DNA from: Podarcis cretensis
Taxonomy: Eukaryota
Reading direction: 5' to 3'
NCBI GenBank assembly: GCA_951804945.1
Contig: OX638150.1
Span: 90,768,001-90,832,000 of the forward strand
Length of the DNA: 64,000 nucleotides
The position numbers and the translations under genes were made by a program. This document shows, piece after piece, positions 50,463-61,576 of this stretch (positions are counted from its first letter, which is position 1; every line of letters starts with the position of its first letter). The notes beneath the pieces were generated by a model, which saw only the letters and a program-made list of their open reading frames with translations, was not told the origin of the DNA and ran no database searches.

Positions 50463-52387
50463 GTAAGGAGATCAGGATTAAAATGTACATTTGGTATATT
50501 AAAAGTATATATATTCTAAAAAATGAATGAATGAATGAATGAATTGGACTTGACCCAATTCATGCTGTGGTCTTCTATGCCTGCTATTTGTATTGGTGCT
50601 AATGACAACTTTTTCTTGGATGCAAATAGCAGGTGCAGGAGGTCTGATCCAGGTTGGGTTTAAAGCCCCTTATCCCTGCAGGTAGAATAGAATGCTAATC
50701 CAGATCATTTCTCTGTGTCTGCAGTTTACTTTTAAGAAACCAATTGCTATTTGAGCTAGGAGATAGTAGTTTATGCTGTCAGGAAATGCAGGGGTATTAC
50801 TTGGACACATCTGCTTTTTAAAAAATGCAGTTCAAACCATCACTCCTTTTGTTTTTAAGTCTCTTTGGCTGCTGTCCTAACCCCACTTACCAGGGAGTGC
50901 ATCCCATTGAATTCAATGGTACATGCTTCTGAGGAAACATAGTCAGGATTGCACTGTTAGTAGCCAGAACAGGTTTGAAATAGTGTTGTATCTGCTAGAA
51001 GCTAGGCAGCCAAATAGGGCTTCTGACTTGCTGTTATTTTGGGAATATATGCTGGATTCCAGAGCAAAATTCCATCTAGTCCAGCATCCTACATCCCACA
51101 GGGGCTCCAACCCAATGCTTTCTGGAATCTCATAGGCAAAGCAACAAGGCAAGAGCCCTTTCCCACTTTCATTCCATATCACATACTCATTGGCATGCTA
51201 CCTCTGAATATGGAGGTCCTATATAACCTTCATGGTTAATACCCATTGATAAACCTATTTTCCATTTAACATACCTATTCTATTCCTCTTTGGGGAATGA
51301 CTTCCATGTCTTCAGAAACCTACCAGTCTCTTCCTATGCTCCTTTAAGTAGGACTAACATTGGATGCAACCTAAGCATATTTTCATTTATTCATGTAAAT
51401 GTTTAAGCTGCACTTTCATTAAACAAACAAACAAACAAGATGGTGTCCAACGTAAAAAGATAACCTTACAATAACATCAATAAAGACTGGGGGTTTTTTT
51501 AAAAAACCAATCATGTTCCAAGTCCTGTCTGACCTGTACAGCTTTCCAGTGATGTCTAAAAGAAGGCAGGGATGACTCGTTCAGATCCTCTGGTAGGGAA
51601 TTCCACAGCACAGGGCCTGCCAGGCTAAAGGCTTACTCCTTGGTAAAGGCTGCCCAAACCTCAGGACTCCCCTGCTATTGTGGAGATGTGTTTCCAGGGG
51701 CCCTCAGTGTGGCACCGTAGCATCTGAATTGTTCCTAAACTTGTCTGTGAAAAGGACAAAATTTGCATGTGATGCTATCACAGTTGCTGGTGATAGACCC
51801 TCTCTTCCTATTCTCCTTACAGCCCAGTTGGGTCTTAAATGACGACCTCTGGAGCGAAGGGGCAAGTTCTGGGTGGTGACAGTAGTAGCATGTGGTGATA
51901 GTCAGAACCTGCATGGCTCTTCCTTTATTTCCCGCTCAGAAGGCAGCTGGTTCTTACAGCAGTTTTTTATGAGGGATTGGAGCAGATGGTGACGATTGTG
52001 ATGACAGCTTGCTTGGGCCCTGCTCACTAGTCACTGTTGGCCTCTGTGATGGAAGCATAGCCCAGGATTTTTTCCACTGGATCAATAAATTCAAATGGGA
52101 CCAGCTAGCAGAGAGAACATTTCCTGTCATGTGAGCTTAGGATTTCCAGCAAACACAAATGTGTGCTTCCCTGACTTATTCAGGCAGCAATAACAAAATC
52201 TGTTCCCTGACAAAAACCTGTATTAGAGATCCAATGGTGTTTAGTTCCATATTTCATTTGCTACAAAATTAAGACCTTAGATCTAGGAAATGTGGATTTA
52301 TGTTTGCATTGAGTAGCAAGAAACTGTCAAATCTTTCCTCTCTGTTTTAAAACTTACGTGTATTTACTTGACCTATCTTAATTCTAG

Positions 52388-52467
52388 TGACAGCCCACAC
52401 AGTGAGCCAGGCACCATTGATGAAGCAGACCATGACAATGGCACGGAGCCACACACCAGCGACGATG
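52388..52467 (+). CDS. SRGAP3: SRGAP3 exon 18 (80 nt): (C)DSPHSEPGTIDEADHDNGTEPHTSDD(E)
   Basis: ttctag|T...ATG|gtgagt; phase 2/1. Confidence 0.95.
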
Positions 52468-55371
52468 GTGAGTGTAGAAACAAGAGGTAGAAATGAGCCT
52501 GAGGAAGGCTATCAAGAGCTGTGTGTGGAGAACAGCAACATGCATTTAGTTCCTAATCAGATTACCCTGGACTAACATATGGCTGCTTCCAGGGGGAGAT
52601 ATGTCGGAGTTTGACAGTGCAAGCGGATACTGATGAAGTGCCTTGGTAGATATGTAATCAAAGTAGACCATATGGGAGCATACTAGGTTACCTGTTTTAT
52701 TTGTTATTTCATTCCAAGGCATTATGGGAGTTGTCCTTTATGCCCTGGTTAACAAGCTAGCCTTTCCTTCTTCCATTTGGCCTGAAAATGGCATCTCTGG
52801 ATTGTTTGTTGTTTTATGTTGGTTGTTCCAGTGTCATGGGAATAAAAAAATAGAGATGTTGTTATGATAAAATAACTATTTGAGTGGCCTGTAATCTGTT
52901 ATGTTCACCACCTAATGTGCTTCTGATACGCTTCCCAGGAAGAACAGTGATAGAACTTAATAGAAATCTATAGTGTTTTTTTAATGAAAATAAGTGATGG
53001 CAGCCTTTTGATATTGGTGGAACCTTTCCAAAAGATTTGGTGAGTTTTAAATCAAGCTGTCACCACAGCCCCTCTCATTAATAACTAGTACCTCCTCACT
53101 ATGGAATCTGCTCCTTTCTGTTTACTCTCTGCTGTATTTAAAGTGCTGCGGCAGTTAAAGGAGCTGGAGTCTATTCTTGCAAAAGGGTGTTCTCATCTTT
53201 CGATTTCTAAGACAAGATCCCACTTTTGATTAAATCTGTGCTATCATCAGTACTTGCCATGACCACAGAAAGATTGTTGCATAGATAGATAAGGTTTAGA
53301 CTGTATAAATTATGCATCAATAATAAGGACTGCGCTGAAGGTACTCATTTTTAGGGGGACATTTTCAGCAGTGTTGCAAATCTCCCCTCTACCTTTTGAT
53401 TATTTTCCAGGGATTGCTTTGAAAGTGTTCACTATTAATTTGCATTACTTCTTCTGAATTTACTTTGCCCTTAATGATGCTACCTTCGTAATGAAATATA
53501 TAGCCTCATAGCATCATAAATTCACCATCTGACCCTTGATGGCTAGAATCATTCATGTGCGTAATCCAATAAACAGTACTCTTACTCTAAATTGCCTTAA
53601 TTTCCATCAGCACATAGTAAAATCTTATTGGCTATGGACCACTAGAAGGTAATCACACTCACTACGTGATCTGTGATTGACTGGGATCACCAGAGTGAGG
53701 GAAAGAGAAAGGAATGGGGCTGGGGGGACCAATGTCATGGAATAAAATAATCTGAATATTCTCACAGCTAAAGCATTTCTGCAGCTATAATTCACCCCAT
53801 CCCAAAATACTTATTTTCAGCTCAGAAATACGAACAGAAGGATATTGGGCAATAGCCTTAAGGAGCTCAGTTGGATTCCTTCGTTCCATATTAAATTTCA
53901 CACCTTCAGGATTGGGGGCGGGGGGAGATTTATATTCTATCCATGCACACACCTACCCATCCATCCTTATTTTTATTTTTATTTTACAGACTGAACAAGT
54001 TTGATTTGGACATCAGTGAGAATTAATAAACCTGGAACCACATGTTGCCATTTCAATTGGATTATTTTGCAGATTAGAAAACATTGTTACAGAATCCTGC
54101 CTGTTGCATGACTCTGCATGCATGTTGTCTGCTTGCTTTGTGGTCTTTGTTCCATTAATATTCTCCCTTCAACGCTGCAAATAAAATCCAGTGCCCTATT
54201 GATGCATGTTGTGGGGAAATGGCAGCAGTGGCTCAAAACAGTTGAAATGCACTAAAGGCCCAAGACGGGGAGAAGGGACAAAGAATAATTCCAATAATTG
54301 AAGATGGATGTTTAAAGGGAGGAAGGGAGGGAGATGTCAACCTTCATTTTTCACTGTTGGTGACTAACAACCCACCTCAACTGAAAAGGAAAGGCAAGCA
54401 AGCTTCCATTTAGGCAATTTTATGCTTGAATGATTATGTTAATAGTTCTGATTGGAGTTTCTGGGTGATTAACCATGACACAAGCATGGAGAAGAAGAGT
54501 TGTTTCATTTTATAAATTTACATACTCTCTTCTAGTCTCTTTCCCTACCCCACCTAACCCACAGCCCTAGTGAGGAACATAGCATTTCTCAGATTCTGTG
54601 AGATAACCACATTAGCCACCTCAGTTATCTCCAGTTCTGTGAGAGTCCTTTATAGGTTCTGCCTGTTACTACCAAATGTCACTTTATTTGGACTGGGTAA
54701 AGAGGTAAGATGCCTTTCCCAATATTGCCCAAGACGGATCTTGAAGTCTGTTCCTAAAACTGTCTCTACGTTCCTGCACACAGGAACATAAGAACTGATC
54801 TGCTAGACCTGCTCAAGGTTCTTTGGGTCCAGTATTCTGATTCAAACAATGCCCAAGAACAAAATAATAATCAAGATGATACAGTGTACTGTGCTTCCAG
54901 GTTGTTGTTGCCAACATACCATCTGAATTGCCTGTAATCAGGGGAATTCCATTTAGCTGTCATGATTAATAGCCACTGATAGAACCCTGCCCATCATGAG
55001 TGCGTCTACTCTTCATTTTTTGAAACCATTTTATTCTGGAAGCAGATTAGACTTTGTTTTTGTTTATTTAGAGACAGGTAGATTGAAAGAAGCATTGTGC
55101 TCATCCTATCTCTGTCTCTGGTAAACAGATTTTGGCACATTTCATGTTGCTTCAGAAAAACTCTGAAATGTGTCTCATCAGAGACAATGGGGTGTGGGGT
55201 GTGTGTGTGTCTGTGTCTGTGTGTACATATATCTTATGGGAAGTTAAAAACTTTTTCAAGTATCTTTAGCAGACCATAATTTTTATGCTCTGTTCCATGC
55301 CAAATCCTTGTCAGATTATTTTATTGTTATCTGGATAGTAAGTGAAGCCTTGTTTATCATTAGGTGCTGCC

Positions 55372-55409
55372 ACAAACAAACAAACAAACAAACAAACAAA
55401 CAAACAAAC
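55372..55409. repeat. (AAAC)~9 microsatellite
   Basis: Read directly. Confidence 0.95.
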
Positions 55410-55942
55410 TTGTTTCCTCTTAATTAAAATGTTACATACCTAAAGTCCATTTTCCCAATTTAGTTTTGTCTTTGGACCTTTGACGTGCTATTCTAGGGAT
55501 GGGAGGGGGTTGAGGATTTTTTTGTCTTCCAAAAAAGATAATTGAGCATCTAAAAAAATGAAATTGTTCTAATGAAGTGCTTGATGGCATCTGCCGGAAA
55601 CCTTTTTTTTTTTTTAGAGTGGTCCAGGAAGTGACATGTGGTTGTATAATATTAATCTGGCACACTGCAGTGAAGATTTGTTTACATAACTTTGTGTTGC
55701 AGGGTAGTAGCTTCTTATCCCGCTTCAGCCTCTAATTTTCTTGCATGTTTATGTGAGTCACTCCAAGGGGTAAGATAAGTTAAAAGTGGGAAAGATGGTC
55801 TCTCAGGAGACATCCTTAGCTTGATGGTATCCTGTGGGTAATTGGTCCTTTCGGGAGTCTCCTGAAGTGAGCGATTGTCAATCTGTCACAGGGTGGGCTT
55901 ATAGAAGGTCTAATAAGGGTGGGCTTATAGAAGGTCTAATAA

Positions 55943-56304
55943 GGGACGCAGGTGGCGCTGTGGGTTAAAGCCTCAGCGCCTAGGGCTTGCCGATCGAAAG
56001 GTCGGCGGTTTGAATCCCTGCGGCGGGGTGCGCTCCCGCTGCTCGGTCCCAGCGCCTGCCAACCTAGCAGTTCGAAAGCACCTCCAGGTGCAAGTAGATA
56101 AATAGGGACCGCTTACCAGCGGGAAGGTAAACGGCGTTTCCGTGTGCGGCTCTGGCTCGCCAGAGCAGCGATGTCACGCTGGCCACGTGACCCGGAAGTG
56201 TCTCCGGACAGCGCTGGCCCCTGGCCTCTTAAGTGAGATGGGCGCACAACCCCAGAGTCTGTCAAGACTGGCCCGTACGGGCAGGGGTACCTTTACCTTT
56301 ACCT
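55943..56304 (+). mobile_element. Sauria SINE, full length, CpG-rich (young)
   Basis: A/B boxes, (ACCTTT)n tail, TSD TAATAA(G). Confidence 0.93.
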
Positions 56305-56850
56305 TAATAAGTGCCATAATCAGTTGTCCAAGTGAATCAGACATTTCACTTTCTGCATTGTATAGAGGAAACAGAGGTGTATACAGGCATGCCTCTGAAC
56401 AATTACATCTTTTCTGCCTTACTGATGTTGTTCATGTGGTAGCCTTGGGATAGAAGACTACAAACTCCTCCTGTATTTCTGTGTAGTCTTACCAAATCTG
56501 AGGAAAGCTTGTTGATTTCAGGATAACCGTTCTGAACTTGCAGCCTGTGTACCCTGGATCAGGTAAACAAGCTCAAAGGACACTTTCCAGAATTTCTTTC
56601 CTCTGCTCATAATTTAAAAATATATGTAAAGAAATGTCCCAAAAAGAGCCATACACTTCTGAATAAGTCGTGGGTGAATTCCTCTGGCTTGCCTCCTAAT
56701 ATGCTTGGTTTTATTTCAAGCTTTCTGATGTGTGTGAAATAAGCCCAACATAGGAGATTTTGCCTCTAGTTTTCCCTGCCGTTTCCTCCTCACGCAAACC
56801 CTGTAGTTCACTTACAGTAGCAAGAAATGCGAGATTTAAATAGGCTAAGC

Positions 56851-56986
56851 CAGAGTTTCCCAAACTTGGGTCTCCAGCTGTTTTTGGACTACAACTCTCA
56901 TCATCCCTAGCTAGCAGGACCAGTGGTCAGGGATGATGGGAATTGTAGTCCGCAAACAGCTGGAGACCCATGTTTGGGGAAACCTG
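56851..56986. mobile_element. hAT palindromic MITE
   Basis: Long inverted arms; core shared with the 48194 copy. Confidence 0.85.
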
Positions 56987-57099
56987 GACTACACCTTGCA
57001 GATTTCTCCTTAACTAGCTTATATGTATGCTCAGGAGCATCCAGGCCATTTATAAGTGGCCTACAAGGTTTCTCCTATCTCAAGCCAGCTCTTCCTGCC

Positions 57100-57200
57100 A
57101 TAAGAACATAAGAAGGGCCTGCTGGATCAGAACAGTGGCTCATCTAGTCCAGCCTTTGTTCTCACAGTGGCCAGCTGGATGCCTATGAGAAGCCTGCATT
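57100..57200 (-). mobile_element. CR1 3' end fragment
   Basis: cataagaacataagaa octamer tail followed by ctgctggatcag...catctagtccagc. Related relics lie near 2190-2245, 51045-51260 and 54784-54850. Confidence 0.7.
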
Positions 57201-57617
57201 TTCCCCCCACTTCTTTTGTACAACTAAGTTGTTATTGGGACGAGGGTGGATGGGCGGTTAGCAGAGCAGACTGACTCATGAAGAGCTGGGCCCCATTATG
57301 AGCTATGCCACAACTGAAATAAGTTTGGGCTATCTTCTATTATGAAGTGTGGATTTCCAAAATGGGAATTTAACATTGGTCTCAAATCTTGTTTCATTCA
57401 CTGCTTGGAATGACCAGGCCTGAACTAGACAACCAATTTATGTGACCCTGAAAGTGATGGAATGAATTTCAAGTATGTAGAGAAGAGGTGATGTAAATAA
57501 TGGTCCAAAGTTTTCTGCCTCTGAAGCTAACTTCATTTGAACCTATCTGTTACCTGGGTCACTTAGGAAAATGAAATACGCTTCTCTGAGTTCTCTGGAA
57601 GAATGGTGGGAGACAAA

Positions 57618-58064
57618 TAGGTATGAAGGAAAAATTCAGTTCACATTTGAAGGTGAACTTAACTTAATTTTTCACTTTCTGAAACAATATGAGAAACAAA
57701 ACAGAGCCTGCCCTCCAAATTTGCCCAAATTCTGCAGTGCAGATCTCTAACTATGTAATGTGGACAAAAATGCGTATACCTGGGTAAATATGCAGATATT
57801 TTATGCTTGCCTATGGTCGTAATAAAGATTATTCTTCTTTTATTAGTGAAAATAACATACAAAAATGCACTGCACTGAAGAATATTACTTAGGAAAAATG
57901 TGTATTTTAGGTAAAATTGCATACAGAAATCTGTATATGAAGAGAAATTTGCATGAAATTCTGATGACTTCATGGTTTTGTTTTTTTAAAAAAAACATTG
58001 CACACTGATGTCAAAATTTGGGAAACTGAACTTAAGACTGAAATTGAGAGATTCAGCCATCCTA
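57618..58064. repeat. Interspersed AT-rich DNA-transposon-like repeat, related to 24728-25140
   Basis: TAGGTATG...CATCCTA termini and colinear similarity. Confidence 0.55.
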
Positions 58065-58439
58065 GATACAAATATATTAGAAATATAAATATAATAGAAC
58101 ATACAAAAAGTAAATAGAATTTTTAAAATGGCAAAGTTCAGAAAATGACAAAATACAACAAATTTGGAACAGTATGGGTCAGAGGGGCAGTATATTGGAA
58201 CCTGAAGGTTCTCAATAAAGCCTCTTTTTTCAGTTCAGGCAGACTGTGGGTATTGTGGGTATAGAAATCACAGTGAGATATTAGTTTGAATGGAAGATCT
58301 GTACACACTTCCCATAGCAAGGTTTTGGGCACACTTCACCCAATTGTCACTCACATGACATCATATGATGTCAGATGTTGGGATCTCTTTTGTCTTATCT
58401 AAGAACCATAGCATTAAGATCAGATCTAAGCCTCTACCT

Positions 58440-58562
58440 CAGGCACCCCCAACCTTCGGCCCTCCAGATGTTTTGAACTACAATTCCCATCATCCCTGTT
58501 AGCTAGGGATCGTGGGAGTTGTAGGCCAAAACATGTGGAGGGCTGCAGGTTGGGGATGCTTT
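58440..58562. mobile_element. hAT palindromic MITE
   Basis: Inverted arms; perfect 8-bp TSD CTCTACCT. Confidence 0.88.
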
Positions 58563-59525
58563 CTCTACCTGCTCTTTGATACTAAAAAGGAGCAATAGAT
58601 GCTTGTGTCTGATTTAACGCTGTAGTACTGGAGACAGGTTTCTTCCTGCTCCTTAAAAGGCAGCCTGCTCTTTAAACAGAGAGTGGCTTATCTTCTATTT
58701 TAGCTCCAATCTCCACCAGCTCCCACAGATTGAACTTTGAGTCACCTGATGTCATATGTCAGGCGATTGATAGTTGAGCAGCTGCACCCACCTGTCAAAA
58801 TGACCCACGGAGTGTGGGCCGGTTCTGGATGGTTCATACAGAGTTGACTCTGACCACTCCCATACAAAGGCATGCATCCACAGTGACCTTATAGCCTATC
58901 CCCAAAACATATTTGCAAAAAGCAAGCAGACGAAAGCATCAGGCGAGGTAAACAAGTATATGAAGAATATCTGTTGCCATTTGGGATACGTTGTCCTTTG
59001 GACAGAATGGGATGAATTTGCAACAATGCGTACATTAATTCTGAGATCTGTCGTATGCTGGGGCAGCTCAAATGTGTATCCAGGTGGACTCTTGAGTTTC
59101 TTGAAAAGCATATGTAGGATGGTGGCAGAAGCGTGGAGATAACTGCAGTGGTGTCTTCACAATTGATGGTGTGCATCTGCATAATCCCGGCCTAGTATTT
59201 CATTCTCTCCCCCACCCCACCCCCATGAAGAGATGCTACTTTATTCAGATTACTGTAATAACATCAATTTTTTTTTAATGAGGCTAAAATCAAAGGCAGC
59301 TGTGAAGTTTGTCACAGCATTAAACTAAATTGAAAAAGGATGGTGTTAGCTGTACTGTGTAAACCACTGAGAGGTTTCAACAATTAAGCAGCATACCAAT
59401 TTTATTAAGAAAACTAAACATTTCAGTGAAATCATATCTTACATCACAGAGTGCACTCCAATGCTTTCTTACTGCAGCTTCCTTTTAATTGTCTCTCTCG
59501 TCTTCTCCCTCCTGCCTGCTTACAG

Positions 59526-59706
59526 AGGTGGAACAGATTGAAGCTATTGCCAAGTTTGACTACATTGGGCGGTCCCCACGCGAGTTGTCTTTCAAGAAAG
59601 GTGCCTCACTTCTATTGTACCATCGAGCATCTGAAGACTGGTGGGAAGGTCGCCATAATGGTGTGGATGGCCTCATACCACATCAGTACATAGTGGTGCA
59701 AGATAT
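59526..59706 (+). CDS. SRGAP3: SRGAP3 exon 19 (181 nt, SH3 domain): (E)[12 protein letters not shown]...EDWWEG...[12 protein letters not shown](M)
   Basis: ttacag|AG...AT|gtaagt; SH3 signatures (AKFDY, ELSF, WW, GLIP). Confidence 0.97.
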
Positions 59707-60535
59707 GTAAGTAGGAAGAAGTTTGCTGAACAAGTGAAGTGTGATAGGTTAGCTGTTTCTTTTGGGTGGAAATTGGTCTGTTGTCTTGTGCTTCACTCAG
59801 AGAGTGAAGGGTGGGTTTATTTTCTTTTAAATCTTATTTGATGCCCTCCTGCACATCCTTTTTAATGCCATTAATAATTGCACTTTTGGCAGAACGCTGT
59901 GCCACTCTTCCTAAGCTGTATTCACATAAAAGCATATGTCTACTATGTTCTACAGGTATTGTGTCCAGGATAGTTTGATACAATATGGAAGAGAGTGGTT
60001 GTATGTGTGTCAGATCCAGAATATACTGAAATATCGTGATAGATTTGGCTAATAAATCTGGAATTCTTGATCTAGAAAAAGTCAAGCAGAAAACTTTCCC
60101 TTTCCACTCATCATGTTCTTTGGATCAAAGTTCAGCTTTATTGTGCTGTAAAAATGTTTTTACTATTTTTCCTCCTCATATTTGTGCATCATTCCCCATT
60201 CCATTGCAGAAGTGAAATATTCTTCCAGATGCTTACACCTGCAAGTGTGAAAATTTCAAAGACGTTGTTCAACAGAAGCCCTTCCCCCAACCCACACACC
60301 ACCCCAAAAAACTATGGGGCATAGAGCCATATAATGCATAGCTTTTTTGAGTCTGTTCATTCATCCACACGAAAGAAGACCTCTTCTTCTTTTTTTATTA
60401 GTTTTCCAATAATAGCCCATTATAGCAATGCCAATTAATATCTAATAATAAGCGGCCTCTTTTTAATATGTTTCTTCCCCTCTTACAAAATGTCTTTGTA
60501 TTGGCTGCTATTCTATTTTGTATGTACTGTACTTT

Positions 60536-60595
60536 CAGTTAGTACAGCAACCTGTAGATTTAATATATTAACTCTACAGGTTGCTGCACTAACTG
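60536..60595. repeat. 60-bp near-perfect palindrome (28/30 pairs)
   Basis: cagttagtacagcaacctgtagatttaata | tattaactctacaggttgctgcactaactg. Confidence 0.95.
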
Positions 60596-60870
60596 GCTTC
60601 TATGTAGTAGCGAACAAAAGGTTTGAAAACAAGCTGAAGACTCTGTTGGTCAGCTGAACAAGAGTTGGTGTTTCATATCTGTAGGGGCTTACATACGGTA
60701 AAGGAATAAGTTAGGCAGCAGAGTGGAACTCTGAGCTGCCTGCTTCCAGCTCCGCTTCTCCACCGACATTATTGCACCCCGCCTCCTCCACAATCAAGCA
60801 GAGCTTCTCCCTCACGCAGAAGGCATTCAGTTATTCTGTTCTGGCTGACAGAGAGTTTCATTATTCATAG

Positions 60871-61020
60871 GGACGATGCATTCTCAGACAGCCTGAGTCA
60901 GAAGGCAGACAGCGAGGCAAGTAGTGGACCTCTGCTGGATGATAAAGCCTCATCAAAGAATGACATCCAGTCTCCAACAGACCATATTCCAGACTACGGA
61001 TTTGGGGGAGTAATGGGACG
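60871..61020 (+). CDS. SRGAP3: SRGAP3 exon 20 (150 nt): (M)DDAFSDSLSQKADSEASSG...DYGFGGVMG(R)
   Basis: tcatag|G...CG|gtagga. Confidence 0.95.
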
Positions 61021-61248
61021 GTAGGAAACTGATTTGTTCTCATCTGGATGCAAGCGTTGTCTTTCTCCTCCTCTTGTGACGGGCACGATAGTCAATGCAT
61101 GAACCGGAGGAAATTTATGAGCCAATTTGTACGATTTATACTGTGTTTTAAATGGAAGGGGTCTGTAGAGATCCATTTATTAGTCTAGATGACTTTGGAA
61201 GCTTGGAGTGGCGATTTCACAAGGCTCTTGTTGTTGTTTTCTTCACAG

Positions 61249-61576
61249 GGTAAGGTTGAGATCCGACGGGGCAGCAATCCCTCGCCGTCGCAGTGGAGGC
61301 GATACACACAGCCCTCCCAGAGGGATTGGTCCTGGGATAGACACCCCTCCTCGAGCAGCAGCTTGTCCCAGCAGTCCCCACATATTACCACTGAACAGAG
61401 GCAGGATTGAGAGCCCAGAGAAGCGCAGGATGGCCACTTTTGGTAGTGCTGGCAGCATCAATTATCCAGACAGGAAGGCCTTGATTGACGGCCACCCACT
61501 GAGGCCCACCTGCAGCTCAACTCGGCACAGTAGTCTTGGGGATCAGAAGTCACTAGAAGCCGAAGCACTTGCAGAG
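61249..61576 (+). CDS. SRGAP3: SRGAP3 exon 21 (328 nt): (R)VRLRSDGAAIPRRRSGG...KSLEAEALAE
   Basis: tcacag|G...GAG|gtagga; within ORF 61208..61606. Confidence 0.96.

Larger units (their letters stand above)
2335..61576 (+). other. SRGAP3: SRGAP3 gene body, partial (exons ~6-21; continues beyond both window ends)
   Basis: Sixteen phase-compatible GT-AG exons total 2214 nt. The translation (RQAKYSENKLKCTKARNDY...KSLEAEALAE) matches the remembered human SRGAP3 sequence colinearly. Confidence 0.97.

Noticed and set aside
2335-61576. Assignment to SRGAP1, SRGAP2 or ARHGAP4
   Set aside because: Linker and tail peptides (GERAECGTTRPPCLPPKPQK, RVRLRSDGAAIPRRRSGGDTHSPPRG) match remembered SRGAP3.
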